Part shown: piece after piece, positions 44,610-61,973 of the stretch
Position numbering within the stretch: position 1 is the first letter of the stretch
How the letters are laid out: the number at the start of each line of letters is the position of its first letter
Assembly: GCA_951406725.2 (NCBI GenBank)
Contig: OX597815.1
Span: 59,768,001 to 59,832,000 of the forward strand
Direction: 5' to 3'
Length of the DNA: 64,000 nt
Source: Octopus vulgaris
Lineage: Eukaryota
The notes under the pieces: model-generated
Told to the model about the DNA's origin: nothing
Seen by the model: the letters and a program-made list of their open reading frames with translations, nothing else
Databases searched by the model: none
Program-made: the position numbers and the translations under genes

Positions 44610-46800
44610 TGTTACTATATTATATCAATTTATAGTTTCCTTATGACACCTGATTATTAGTTTCAGTACCCTTCTTATTTATTTTCAATTGATTACCCCG
44701 ATTCGAACTTTTTGCTGTCCCATGAACTAAAAAAAGTGAACTTTATAGTACTTTTAACGCAGATTTCAAATCTGCTTTTAGAATTTTTCTATCAGGCATG
44801 GTTGTTATGTGACAGGGTAATTAAATTATACAATAAATGTACTATATTAATGCAGAAATAAGGCGGACAATTATAATTGGTGAAAAGAATTAATGAAAAA
44901 TGCTGTCCCACAAACAAAAGTAGGTGAACTTAATAGAATTTTATCTGCAGAATTCAAGTGTTTTCAGATTTTTTTAATAAGTCATAGTTTTTCTGTGATA
45001 GCATATGTAAATTGTTAAACAGTTGTATTTCATGAATATTACAAGGAAATTTACCTTTAAAAAGTAGAGGCGTATGATTTTCTGATGCATTTAGCATCGT
45101 ACCTTTTTTAGTGACCAACAATAATCAGCCAACACAGAAAAGCTCCACTTTGTTTAGTACCAGGTTTCTATGTTCAGAATATCCTGGTGAAATCTCTCGC
45201 CGTGCTCGTCATTGAAAGCCCCAAGATTAGTTCTCTGCTCTGTGATTCCCCACCAAACGCTCTGCAAACTTACTTAAATGCCAGTCACGCAGTCAACATC
45301 ATTGAGCTCTTCATCACACTCTTGGTCTCTTTTCAGCTCCCTAATCTGCAGCCCAACAAAAATACCATCCTTGATTTTTGCTTCACTTACTCTTGAAAAA
45401 ATTTAGTTCCCAAATACATGAATCCCTTTCCAGTTCTATCCATACCTTTGGCGAAATTCTTCATCAACCCTAGCTTAATATGCAAAGGAGGCAGATAAAT
45501 TTTCTTAGAATCAACAAGGGGTGAATTGACGACATTCTTTTGTCCAGGAGTCAGAAATCGTTTTCAGCCACACATTCTTTTCATAATGATTTTTCTTATC
45601 CCAACTGTCCCACTTGCAGAGAAAGCAAGAAACTTGGTGTAACCCAGCTGCATTCCCAGTAAAAGTGCCATAATCTTTAGCTTACCACAAATATTCCACT
45701 TTTGTTCCTCATACTTAATTTTTTGCAACAGAAGCTTCATACTCTCATATGTTTCCTTCATGTTAGCTGCATGGGCCAGAGGAACAGAAGGAAACTTATT
45801 TCCATTGTAGAGTAAAACTGCTTTCAAGCTTACTTTTGAGGAGTCAATAAACAAACGCTACTCATTCGTGTTATATTTGTGGTTAAGTTCCTCCATAACA
45901 GAATATACATCATTACAAAACATCACACCATCCTCAAATGAGAAAAAATTTTCAAAATCGCAATGCTGAGCAAGATAAAATATTTGTTCTCTTCCCAACC
46001 CTTTAACCTGGAACCAATAAGTTCAGCTTGCTTTTTCGACAAGTTTAAATCCCACAAAAGATCATTCAAATCTATCTGACTCACCAAATGTGGTTCACTT
46101 GAAGAACAGTTAAGCTCAAAGTCCTTGTCTTCTCCATATATTCATCACTTGAGTCGTCGTCAGTGTCATTTGTTTTGGAGGGTCAGGTACAGGTAAGTGT
46201 TGATTGTGAAGTACTGGTCTCATAGCAGATTGTAAATTAAGATATTTTACAGTATGCTTGGATTTTGATGTTATACTTTGTATATTCGTCATACAGAAGT
46301 AGCAATCTGAAGTGTGATCTTTGGGCTCTCTCCAAATCATAGGGATAGCAAAAAGCATATGGCTTGAACCTTTGGTCCATGCAGTGAGAAACCTTACACA
46401 AGTTACACAACAAACATGATGGGCAAGTATAGCAAAAGTTGTTTTGATGTTTATACAGTTTCTTGACATTATGAAGGTGAATGGAATATGTGAACTTTGT
46501 ACACAACCGTTGGTAACTCATCGACTCAGTGTTGCCAAACTTCGGTGACCCATTGACTCACATAGCTAGATTCATGATTTCATTAGGTTAATTCTATTCA
46601 TAAACATTTAAATTAGGAGTATTTCTTAAACCGTTAGCTTCATATTCCAATAGCTTAACTGAAATTTAGCCCACGTAACAGAAACTGAGAGGGATATCGT
46701 GGAACAGAGAAACTGTGGGGGATACAGATAACTTGACATTATTTTTGAATTCTGCATACAGTTATTCTTTTTATTGGGACAAATTCTTTGTTGACCAGTG
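44610..46800 (-). mobile_element. Decayed Chapaev3-like (CMC) DNA transposon
   Basis: HVCCVTC...PMIWREPKDHTSDCYFC; FIDSSKVSLKAVLLYNGN; PPLHIKLGLMKNF; terminus CACTGGTCAAC at 46800 next to TAA/TTA. Left end uncertain. Confidence 0.7.
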
Positions 46801-47719
46801 TTATCTTAATATATAGTGAATGGTTATTTGTTCTTTCTGCAATTTATTATTTGCGTGTCTTCAATCTGTCAATTGGTTTTTGAATAATTTATTAGTACTT
46901 CATTTCTGCTAACATTTCAAATATCTAGTAGTAAACTTCAATAAATTGTTCCGGTTCTCTGTGGCAGTCCCAAAGTATCAAATTTCATTCCTTTTCATTG
47001 ACCTACTATTCTTTGATTTTTATTGCTACTGCTATTCCCCTTGCCTGTTTTATACTGTTCATATATTTACTTAAAATAGATTTACCTAATTTTGAAATAA
47101 GACCATGTTGATCAAATTCCTTTCTGCTGGCAATCAGTTCATTGTGGCTCTGAGAAGGATAAAGGAGGGTGACTGTTTTCCATTTTTTCAGGATCCGACT
47201 ATGGATCGGTAGATTAGTACAACTGAAAAATGGAACTAAATCCCTCCAATACTTATCCGAAACATTTATTAACCTTCAAAAAATGTATAAAATCCATTAT
47301 CTGTGGACAATAAATTCAGATTCTTCGCCCGTCATTACAACAGTCATAAGAAATTTTGATGTTACTTTTGTGTGCGGTCTAAATACAGTATCTGTACCCT
47401 GCGCTGTGAAATGACCTGAGAGATAGGAATACTTTGAAATTACAGATCGAAAATTTAGAAGGCCAAGATGTGTTAGTGCCTCCTCATGTATACACAAGAA
47501 AAGTTGTTCTTCACGAACCTGTGCAGTGAATCATACTTATATAGTATTTTGTGTGTGATAAATATAATTTTTTTCGTTTCTTGTTATTTTGGCATTTTTA
47601 TTTACTTTCTCATCCTCTAATTATCAATTTTCATCGGCTAACTTTTTCAACAATAACTATCATTATTGACAACTCAGGTACTCTAGTATATATATCATCT
47701 TCAAGATTCTTTAACTGAT

Positions 47720-48325
47720 GCAGTCAGTCGTTGAGGTGAGAGGGACACTCTTGACGCTTTCATAGTCGTCGTCACTGGTCTCTGTTCTCTGTTCTTTGCT
47801 TTTCTTTCGCCTTCCCTCAACTGTGCCCTGATGAATGGTTTTGAACAAGGAGTTGCGGCGAGATACATGACAGTACCAAGCGGGCTTTCGCTTTTTTACT
47901 TGTGCAAGGAATGGTTTCCGCCTACCAGCATATTTGTTGACTTGCCGCCTGAAAAAGCTGTTCGCTTTGTGCTCTGTCTACGGGATGTGTAGCAACCTTC
48001 TGAAGTACTTATGCTCATATGCCTAGATTTTTCGTTCCTTGTCAGCGTAACAATCCAGCTCCCACATCCTTTATAGAGAGACAGAAGTCACCAGGGACAT
48101 ATAAACCCTGTCTTGTTGGAAAACTAATGGAATTGCTTTTCCATATGATGTTCAGTTTCGTCATAGTAGCAGAGGTTGAACTGAGTCTTGTTGTTATCTC
48201 CTTTTGAGATCTGCCATCCTTGGTCAAAATGGATCCTAGGTACTTGAAAGTGTCCAATTCATCAAGTCTTTCTCCGTTTAGCATGATGTTGGTTGCTGTG
48301 TTTTGGTTGTCATTATTCCTGGAGA
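47720..48325 (-). mobile_element. Old RTE-type LINE 3' fragment
   Basis: LNGERLDELDTFKYLGSILTKDGRSQKEITTRL...IWKSNSISF. Confidence 0.75.
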
Positions 48326-48627
48326 ACATCATGCAAGAGACACTTCAAAACCTCCATTCCTCTATTTCCATTGGAGAACGGCCCGTTTCCTTCTTCTAGT
48401 TCCACTTATAGCATCATCTTCGCGTTTCTTCTTCTCGTTTTTTCTTATGTTTTCTCATAGACCAGCATCCTGGTTCTTAAATACATCTAATGATATGCAC
48501 TGAGCCTGAAAGATTGCTTGGAGATACATGGCATGTTATATAAATCTGTCAATTTAATGTATCTCTAAAGCATGAAACTATTAGTAGCGCTTTTGTAAAT
48601 TGTGTGAGTGTGCGTGCGTGCGCGTGC

Positions 48628-48672
<45 letters not shown>

Positions 48673-48689
48673 CATACTCAAGAACATAA

Positions 48690-48771
48690 CACGCAGCTTG
48701 GTCCGGGATTCGAACTCACAACCTCACGGTCGTAAGATCTACGCTCTGACCACTGAGCCATGCGCCTCCAC
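48690..48771 (-). mobile_element. tRNA-like SINE head, family C
   Basis: GTGGAGGCGCATGGCTCAGTGGTCAGAGCG...GAGTTCGAATCCC; related to the head at 63008. Confidence 0.7.
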
Positions 48772-48814
48772 ACAATTGCAGGCCCCCAAAAAGCATTGAA
48801 TAGCTGAAGGATTA

Positions 48815-49385
48815 AAATCAATCAAAGGACATACTAAGTATATCTACCTTTTGGAAATAACAGTCAAAACTCTTATCTAAATCGCCAAAGTACACTGATA
48901 ATAACTTCAGAAATCAACCGCATGTAGGCAAACGGGCTAAGACAATCTCTCAGCATACATTCAAGTATTTGGACTCATTTGGACCGGTTTCTTGACAAGT
49001 ATTACAGTTTTACCTTCTTCAGCACGCGTTGGAGAGCCCCAACACGTCACGTTGAAGTCTGCGCAAATATTTTTCTCTTGAATTGAAACCATTTTCACAC
49101 TGGTGGCTGCCATAATTCGGTGCAAAACGAATCAGTTGCAGTGGAGACTTCAACGTGACGAGTTGGGGGTCTCAATCATGGTAACGCGTGCTGGGGAAGA
49201 TGAGGCTGTAACCGACCCACATGAGTCCAAATACTTGAATGCATGCTGAGAGATTGTCTTAGCCCATTTGCTTTCAGATGGTTGATTTCTGTAGTTATTA
49301 TCAGTGTACTTTGGCGATGTAAATAAGAGTTTTGACTGTTATTTCCGGCAGGTAGATATACTTAGTATGTTCTTTGATTAATTAT
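48815..49385. repeat. ~570-bp imperfect foldback
   Basis: AATCAAAGGACATACTAAGTATATCTACC... mirrored by ...GGTAGATATACTTAGTATGTTCTTTGATT. Confidence 0.88.
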
Positions 49386-49539
49386 ATATATATAATTAAA
49401 TCAAGGATATAACATTCTCTTAAAGGGATGTCAGCATTCAACTTCCCCGGTTTTATCCAGTGTATCAGCGAAAAACCAAAGATGCTAGCTTCGCATTGAT
49501 GGATATGCGTATATTATTGTGTATGTAGGAGGAAAAGAA

Positions 49540-53145
<3,606 letters not shown>

Positions 53146-53171
53146 TCGATACACACATATATATATATATA

Positions 53172-53432
53172 GATGTAATATGGTGACAATTATTCGGTAG
53201 CCATGATAAAACTCCGAGTTTCAGATGCCGAGGCGGAAATCCACGCCGCCGTCTTTTCAGTTATCCGGTCATCGGAAAAATACTATGAAAAACCGTTACT
53301 TGTGTATATGTCATTTTACCTAGTATTTTTCCGATGGTCGGATAACTGAAGAGATGGTAGCGTGGATTTCCACCTCGGCATCCGAAACTCGGAGTTTTAT
53401 CATGGCTACCGAATAATTGCCACATATTACAT
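53172..53432. repeat. ~260-bp foldback with an HHR in each arm
   Basis: 53172-53285 mirrors 53320-53432. Confidence 0.9.
53341..53401 (+). ncRNA. Type I hammerhead ribozyme (mirror 53205-53265 has mutated core CTGAAAA)
   Basis: GATAA-CTGAAGA-GATG...CATC.C-GAAA-CTCGGA-GTT-TTATC. Confidence 0.75.
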
Positions 53433-53503
53433 TTACAGATAAATTCCTCTATTTACATAATATCGAGGTCTCTTTCATTCTTTTGTTGTCTTACTATTTT
53501 TAT

Positions 53504-53581
<78 letters not shown>

Positions 53582-54890
53582 CTGTTTGAGTTAGAGGTTG
53601 TGTGAAACCAACCAACTAAGGAATGGTATCTATCAAATATACTGCTGGTAGTGTGCCCAATTATTCATATCCAAGTGCTGGTTATTGCTTGGCAATCTCG
53701 CAATTGAGTGTTATATGGGCGGGGGTAAAAATGGTTTACCCTTAATTTATACGGCAAATAAGACAATGGAGAGGCTACAAAAATGACATACATCAGCTGG
53801 CAGACATTCTAGTATGTCTATTTATTCCAAAGTATTAGATAGTATTAGAAGAATACAGACACATGTAATAACTATGTGTTACACACACATGTACTAATAT
53901 TACAGAAAAGAGCAGAAAGGAGCAAAAGATTAGCTTGTCAGAAGGTACTAAGTTCCTTACGGCCGTTTCTGCCAAGTGGAAACGAAATCCGCCATGCCAT
54001 CTCCATCTCCTCAGTGTTCTGTAAGGACGGGCAGATAAAGTTTGGATAATGAATGTGCCTCTAGGCTTCTTCAGAGGGTCTAAGTGGTTGAGAGGGTTAA
54101 TACATATTAGACAGTTAATAATAGGTACAGTGTGTTTGACTTTTCAAAACGGCAGAAAAGGAATAGGAGCAAACATGAGAATGTTACTGAAGCACAGCTT
54201 AGTAAAATTATTTGGGTATAGGAAAGGGAATAAGCTAGAGACTTCCCGTGATGCATTCCAAGATCCATGTTATTTCGTCCAATTGTGGGCAGGTGAATAT
54301 AATCGTTTTCAGGAAGAGCTTTTTCAGGAAGGGTGAATTTAAGCAGTAGTTCGCATTATGTTTACATAGAAATTCACATTATGTTTACATAGAAATACAG
54401 TGGTGGATTTGAAGGTATGGTCCGTGTTACGGAGGTGAAAGTTTATATGTAAAGTGTCATTTAGTAGGTACAACGTTGCAGATGGTATGACATAAGCAGC
54501 CTATGATGGTGAAACCATCATGGGAAAATTTGGTATATGAGTGTACTAATGGTTCTCGTCTCACACTAATATTAACACAGACGCTTACATAATACGTAAA
54601 TATATACATAAATACATACATATGTTTGTGTGTGTGTGTGTGTTCATACATACCCTAGGATGCATATTTGCATACAGAGCAATATGTAGTTGCTGCAGTA
54701 CAGACTTAAGTTGGTCATTGTTCGTCAAGTATGAAATTTGTATAAAAGAAAAAAGTTTGCTAATCTATACATATAAATTTGACATGGGCCATTCTTTCTT
54801 GTCTTGGGATTCACGGTCAAACGGCAGGGTGGAATTGCGCGAAAAATTACACAGATGTGTAGAATGATCCGGTGGTGATGCTGGGCTTTG

Positions 54891-55233
54891 TATTTTTTCA
54901 TAGCTCCCATGGTTACCGAGATAATTTACTATAATCATACTCTTGTGTTTATGAATGGGAAAGGAAGGGGTGATAGATAAATAACGAAGGAAGGAGTGAT
55001 GTCATATTTTTCATAGCTCCCATGGTTACCGAGATAATCTACTATAATAATACTTTTGTGTTTATGAATGAGAAAGGAAGGGATGATAGATAAATAAGGA
55101 AGGAAGGGGTGGTGTCATATTTTTTCATAACTCCCATGGTTACCGAGATAATCTACTATAATAATACTCTTGTGCTTATGAATGGGAAAGGAAGGGGTGA
55201 TAGAGGAATAAGGAACGACGGGGTGATGTCATA
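54891..55233. repeat. ~114-bp tandem repeat, three copies
   Basis: CTCCCATGGTTACCGAGATAAT recurs three times. Confidence 0.9.
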
Positions 55234-56499
55234 CTTGATAGTAAGATGATGAAAATTGTACGCTGAAAAAAACCCCAAATCAAACAGCGTTTCAACTCTG
55301 TGTGAATACATGTGTGTATGTAAAAGGGGGTATGTGAATGTGTGTGCGTATGCGTGTATGTGTGTGTGTGCATGTGTGTGTGCATGTGCGCAAGCAATGG
55401 AAGTGGAATGGTTCATCTTTGTTCGCTTAGTGTTTGGGTTTATTTTTTGATTTGGTTGAATCTTGGTTGTTTTTTTTTGTTGGTCAGTTATTTTTAGCGT
55501 TTTGACAAAAAAAAAAAAAGTAATTCTAAAATTGTTTTTTGACATAAGCGTCCCCAAACAAGTCGAATGCTTACACAGAGCAGCTTTTACAGCCACATCA
55601 TCCAAACCGACCAGGTGAAACCGAACTTAGCTGCTAGTGTTTATATATACAAGGAATATATAAATACAAGGAATAGTTTTATTCATCAAAGTATGCACTC
55701 ATATTGCCAATACACTTTTGCCTAATACTTCTTTCTTCGTTCTGACTTTCTATCCGTCTTGCACTCGTCTCCAGTCCTACAGTACCTTTTCCTTTTCCTT
55801 TGCGTTACCACATATCTGTCTGTCTTGCGGCCGCATGGCTTTTTTTGTTGCATATGTATGTTTCATTATGTTGTGTTTGTTTTCGTCATTGTCCTATTGT
55901 CGTTAGATATTCCTAGTGGTTTTTCGTCACGGGTGCCACCAACAGTGAACAATATCAACGTTAAAGTCGCGAAATTGTAATGATCTTTTGGACGTTGACT
56001 GACGAGGAATAAGCTACGAATTTTCTTTTTGTTATGTTTTTGTAAAATTTTCCGTTTGTTGTGTTTTAAAATTTTATATATATATATATATATATAAATA
56101 TATATTGTTGCAGAGAATTAGTAATAATGGTACACCCTCTCTTAAGAGAAGTACGTGAAGTACCAGAGTACCTAGTTGGCGGTCAGAGGTAATCGTGTCT
56201 TTACTGGTTTTACTAAGTATATTGTATACTGAAGTGGGCATTATATCAATCCAACATTGTAAGGATGACGAGGATTTAAACAACTCACGAGGAATTAAGA
56301 AACTCGAAGAGGAGTTAATAAATTCACAATCTTGGTGTGAGAATTTTACAAAAAAATCGTAAAAGTATGGAAAATTTGTTGGCAGGTTTGCTCGAGTTGC
56401 AAAAATAGCAACAAGAGCCGAGAAAAATTTTCCATTGTGTCTAACAAAATTGCTAATTGAAACTTTTTCTACCCTCTAGGATTTTAGTTTTCTCTCATC

Positions 56500-57350
56500 T
56501 CTTGGACCAGCAGATTTTTATCAGATTCAAATTGTGTGATCACCCAGTTCTTTCTTTCTGTTCGACATTTTATCGTCTCTAATTTGTCCCAGGGTTCGAT
56601 TTTGTTCCCCAATAACTCCTTTCTTTCAATCAATGACTGATCTGGTGCCATCCATAATAGCCTGCTCTTGTACAGTTTACACAAGCCCTTATTCTTCCCC
56701 AAACTTTGCCACACATATAACATCCACCCATTACTTAGATACCAGCACCTTTCCCTCACTGACTCCATCAACAGAAACCTCAACATCATTCTCCCATGAA
56801 GTCAAACTTTTCTCATCGCACATAAACCCTTTAATATGAAGATTAAACTACAAGAGCCTTTCTGATAGCTCCAAATAATGTTGCTCACTATCCCAATGAT
56901 CTTTCATCATGAACGAACGTCCTAAATGTAGCTAGAACTGCATCCAAAAGTCTGGTTCTTTAAAGTCAGAAAAGTCTTCAGCAATTACTGATATTGTACA
57001 AAATTCAAATGTGGCTAACGATGGAGTATTACTGCTACATCTGGGATGGTGCTGCTGCCGCCCACAAGGAAGTCTTTCACCACATCCAGAGTAAGTCCAC
57101 TCTACTAGTTGGAATTCAATCAGGTACACTTCATCCCTTAACCCACAAATGTGCTGTGTCCTCTTTATGTCTTTTCTACAATTTGTATAATGGTCTCTCT
57201 ATCTCAGAACTAGCTGGTATCGTACCATCTCCACATAAATACATCTGACTTGTCTCCTCTCATCACTATCCTACACTAATTATTACACCAGGTCATTTCT
57301 CCCTAGTTCATCGTCTCACTAGAACTATCTCCCTACTCTTGTCTTTCCTG
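56500..57350 (+). mobile_element. Old CR1/Jockey-group LINE fragment
   Basis: MEYYCYIWDGA...HIQSK...SSLCLFYNLYNGLSISEL. Confidence 0.6.
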
Positions 57351-57551
57351 CAGGTATGACTTGATTAGTTTAAGTGAAAAATTCACAGCTTCAATTTAAC
57401 TAGTGTCGGCAGGCCAGTAGGGCCTGTCCTTTCCATCAGACTCAGCAACTACAAAGAAGTGCAGAACACGGGAAGCAACTTATTTCAGTATGCATTAATG
57501 TACGTGTGTATATATATATATATGCACACACAAACACACAAGTGCACACTT

Positions 57552-57590
<39 letters not shown>

Positions 57591-57677
57591 GTGTGTGCGT
57601 ACGCGCATGCGTGTATATACACACACATATATATATAAACATACACGCACTCACACACACATGTATTATATACATAT

Positions 57678-58012
57678 AGTAACATATAATTGCCAACAAA
57701 GTGTGTCTTCCTAAAGGGGACAGTGCTACTGGCCTTTATAGACCCAGAAAGACATCGCTTCCAGCTATCTAACGACACATATTCAGTGTCCGATTAGTAT
57801 TTGTGAGGGGAGATCATAGCTCCCATCCCTAGCCTTACGTGATACACACAGACTCGAGTTTCTAAGTGGTCAGCGTGTTTTAATCACGCAAATACTAATC
57901 GGACACAGAATGCGTGTCGTTAGCCAGCTGGAAGAGATGTTTTCCTGGAGCTATAAACGCCAGTAGCACTGTTCCGTATAGGACGCCACACTTACTTGGC
58001 AATTATATGTTA
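57678..58012. repeat. Diverged foldback related to the 29956-30390 family
   Basis: GTAACATATAATTGCCAA...TTGGCAATTATATGTTAC; shares AGCCAGCTGGA..GATG..TCCTGG.GCTA with 30296. Confidence 0.75.
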
Positions 58013-58084
58013 CGATTCCGTATTGCTACTGTTTACGACTTGCTCAGAGATTTAATATAGCCTATACATACATACATACATACA

Positions 58085-58116
<32 letters not shown>

Positions 58117-58167
58117 CATATATAATATGCATATATACATATATGTATATCTACATATACGATATGC

Positions 58168-58214
<47 letters not shown>

Positions 58215-58804
58215 CACATATATAAATTCATATACATATGTATGTATGTATGTACATATGTTTGTATGTATGTATGTATTATGTATGTATTATGTATGTA
58301 TGTATGTATGTATGTATTATGTATTTATGTATGTATGTATGTATGTATGTATGTATGTATGTATGTATGTATAATATAAGGTGTAAGAGAGACGCTTCAT
58401 TCTGTAATGATAAACTTTAGATCTGCCGAAATATTCAGAATCCTGCTAAGAATCCATTTAAGATTTGTAAATATTAACATCAGCATTAGCAGCTTTACAA
58501 ATAAGGTGTTACTACCACTACTACCATCACCACCACCACCACCACCACCACTCTTTTTACTTTTTCACTCTTCTCACAGATTATATTCCTCCCCTCCTTC
58601 TTCTTGCTCCTTCCTCTTCTTGCTCCTTCCTCTTCTTGCTCTTCATAATTAAGATCAGTGGAAAATTATTGATTAATTTGTAAGAAAACCGAAGACGATA
58701 AAATTGATAAAATTATATGTATTGGAACTTATGGAAGATAAGATGATATAACCCACTCTGTTATATGTATACACACACATACACATATATACACAAACAG
58801 ACAC

Positions 58805-58835
<31 letters not shown>

Positions 58836-59280
58836 TGTATGTATGTATGTATGTATGTATGTATGTATGTATGTATGTATCTATATATATATATATATAT
58901 ATATTTGAGTTGAAACATTTGATAAACTCACCAGCCCATGTTTTCAGGAAACACTTGTAAGCTGACATTAAAGCAGTATCATTATAAAACCACAGGTTGT
59001 TTTCTTCACTGTGGCCAAGATAGCTTCAGATTATGCTAACATCTCATTAGAGGTCGCTCACTTATTATGTAGAAAAAATAGCAGCTTATAGTGATTTTTA
59101 GTAGACGTACAATCATAAAACAACAACTAAACTGGTTTGTTTAATTTGCATAGCAGTGCATGCTTTGGCAACAAGACCGACGTATTTGTGTATAAATTAG
59201 ATACAAATCTGATAGTTTTGAGAGTTTGGACTAGCCGATACCACCAACGCTCTTACTAGTATTTCATTTTAACGACTACA

Positions 59281-59772
59281 GATTGGAAGTGTTATCATGT
59301 ACATTGTTTTGTCTTGGTATAAAAGATGGGCTACAACAAATATTCTGCTTTGCTTGTCAGTTGCTTGACCTTAGCCAGTTGAGCATGTCCTTTACTGGCT
59401 GCGGTATGTGCATCTCTGATCATGAGCAGAAGTAGTGGGACAGCATTATAGTCATGTGTTGAGAGGGATTCTTTGGGGTTTGGATAATTCACCTCTGGAA
59501 ACATAGGTGTTTCTTTCAACATCCTCAAACAACCCTTATTCAGGGACCTTTTGAGCGGGATGGGCTACTCGACCTGAAGAAAATTCTAACTGCGCCCCAC
59601 CTACTAAGCCATGCGTTGTTTATTTTGATATGAGTTCACCATGTAGCGCACATATGGTTGTGATGCATGTGCCCAATGTACTCTTATCAGACGGGTAGTC
59701 ATGATGAGTATACTGGGCTTCGCATAATTGTACCCCAATGTCCCTTTGATGGCATGCACTGCTCTCTCACTC

Positions 59773-59775
<3 letters not shown>
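59281..59775 (+). mobile_element. ~490-bp repeat ending in (AAT)n, copy 1 (others 59990-61768, 62927-63686)
   Basis: GATTGGAAGTGTTATCATG...GCTCTCTCACTC(AAT)n occurs three times in the same orientation. Confidence 0.85.
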
Positions 59776-59853
<78 letters not shown>

Positions 59854-59854
59854 A

Positions 59855-59885
<31 letters not shown>

Positions 59886-60164
59886 TAATAACAATAATGA
59901 TAATATAATAATAACAATAATAATAATGATAATAATAATATGCTCTGATGCAGTATCAGGCAATGGCTCTCATAGATTTTGATCTGAACTGATTGGAAGA
60001 GTTATCATGTGCGTTGTTTTGTTTTGGTATAAATGATGGGCTATAATATTCTGTTCAACATCACAGATTTGCTTGTCAGTTGCTTGACCATAACCAGTTG
60101 AGCATGTCCCTTAGTAGCTGACGATATGTGCGTCTCTGATCACGAGCAGTGGGGGAGAATCATA

Positions 60165-61455
60165 CGAGGGACGTTCAATAAGTAATGCCTCTGACTCACT
60201 TGCAGTTGTTTGATCTAGCTGAAATTTTGCATGTGCAATCATTTATATCTCTATAGAGTAAGTGGCAAATTACAGCTCTGAATTAATTGTGGTTTCTGAT
60301 TTACAGGTGTTTGAACCGAGTCAAGTGTGAAATGGAGCCTGTTGAGTGTCGAGCAGTGATCCGGTTTTTGTATTTGAAAGGACGCACACCACGGGAGACT
60401 TTTGATGAAATGAAAGTAACTTATGGCGATGATGCCCCATCATATGACCTTGTAAAACGCTGGCATCGTGAATTCAAACATGGTCGGAACTCTGTGGAAA
60501 CAGCTCCCAGATCTGGTCGCCCCCTTCTGCCATTGATGAGGCATCTGTCCGTCAAGTTGAGGCTGCCATTTTGGAAGATCGACGCATAATTATTCGCCAA
60601 ATAGCCCATGAAGTCAAGATTAGTACCGGGTCTGTGGAAACTATCATTCATGACCATTTGCATATGCAAAAGGTGTCTGCCAGATGGATTCCCAGGTTGC
60701 TCACGCCTTTCCAGAAGCAAGAACGCGTCGAGTGCTCGAGGGTGAATTTGGAGATGTGCCAAGAAGATGAGTCAAAATTTTTCAAAAGACTGATTACACA
60801 GGATGAAACCTGGGTCCATCACGATGATCCAGAGACCAAAGCCCAGTCAATGCAGTGGAAGCACCGTGACTCACCCCCTCCAAAGAAGGCAAGGGTGCAG
60901 CCCTCCGCTGGCAAGGTCATGCTCACAGTCTTCTGGGACCAGGACGGAGTAGTGATGACAGATTTTCTGGCAAAGGGTACCACAATTGCAGGAGCCTATT
61001 ATGCTTCACTTTTGAGGAAATTAAGAGAAGTTATCAAAATCAAGAGGCGGGGCAAGATCAGCAAAGGCGTCCTCCTCCTGCAGGACAACGCTCCGGTCCA
61101 CAACTCGCTTGTCGCCAGATCAGAAGCACAGGCGTATGGCTATGAACTCCTCCCCATCCCCCCTACTTTCCTGACCTTGCACCCTCTGATTTTCACCTCT
61201 TCCCAGCCATGAAGTTGTTTTTGAAAGGAAAGCGTTTCCCAGATGATGCAGCCTTGATTTCTGAAGTCACGTTGAGGTTGGAGGACCAAGCTGGGTTCTT
61301 CTACAAAAACGGTCTCCAGAACCGCATCAAACGATGGGAGAAATGCGTAACTCTGGGTGGTTCCTGTGTAGAAAAAGACTAATAACTGTGCCAAGTTTCG
61401 TTGCTCTACTGCTATGGGAAGTGGGTCAGGGGCATTACTTATTGAACGCCCCTCG
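60165..61455 (+). mobile_element. mariner transposon (1291 bp) with TA TSD
   Basis: TIRs CGAGGG.CGTTCAATAAGTAATGCC; TA at 60163-60164 and 61456-61457; splits CA-TA-GCC of the host repeat. Confidence 0.95.
60332..61382 (+). pseudogene. mariner transposase with two frameshifts
   Basis: WIPRLL, TQDETW, LQDNAP and (shifted frame) DLAPSDFHLF. Confidence 0.92.
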
Positions 61456-61839
61456 TAGCCATGTATTAAGAGGAATTCTTTGGGGTTTGAATGATTCACC
61501 CCTGAAAACATGGGTGTTTTGTTTATCATCCTTAAAAAAACCTTTTGAATGGGATGGGCTACTCGACCCAAAGAAAATTCTAACTGGGTCTTACTTGCAA
61601 AGTCATGCACTGTCTATCTTGATATGAGATCACCATGCCGTGCACATATAATTGTGATGCATTGCCTGGTGTACCCTTATTAGACGGGTAGTCATGATGG
61701 GCATATTGGGCTTCGTATAATTGTACCCCAGTGTCAATTCGATAGCATGCACTGCTCTCTCATTCAATAATAATGATGATGATGATGGTGGTGATGATGA
61801 TGAGGATAATGATGATGAGGATAATGATGATGATGATGA

Positions 61840-61879
<40 letters not shown>

Positions 61880-61880
61880 A

Positions 61881-61912
<32 letters not shown>

Positions 61913-61973
61913 GTTGATGGTGATGATGATAATGATGATAATAATAATGATGATAATAATAATGATGATAATA

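Noticed and set aside
48690-48771. tRNA gene (also 63008-63085 and the family A heads)
   Set aside because: A and B boxes are present but there is no proper acceptor stem, and the sequences continue into SINE bodies.
54891-55233. CRISPR-like periodicity
   Set aside because: Whole units repeat with no unique spacers, and the context is eukaryotic.
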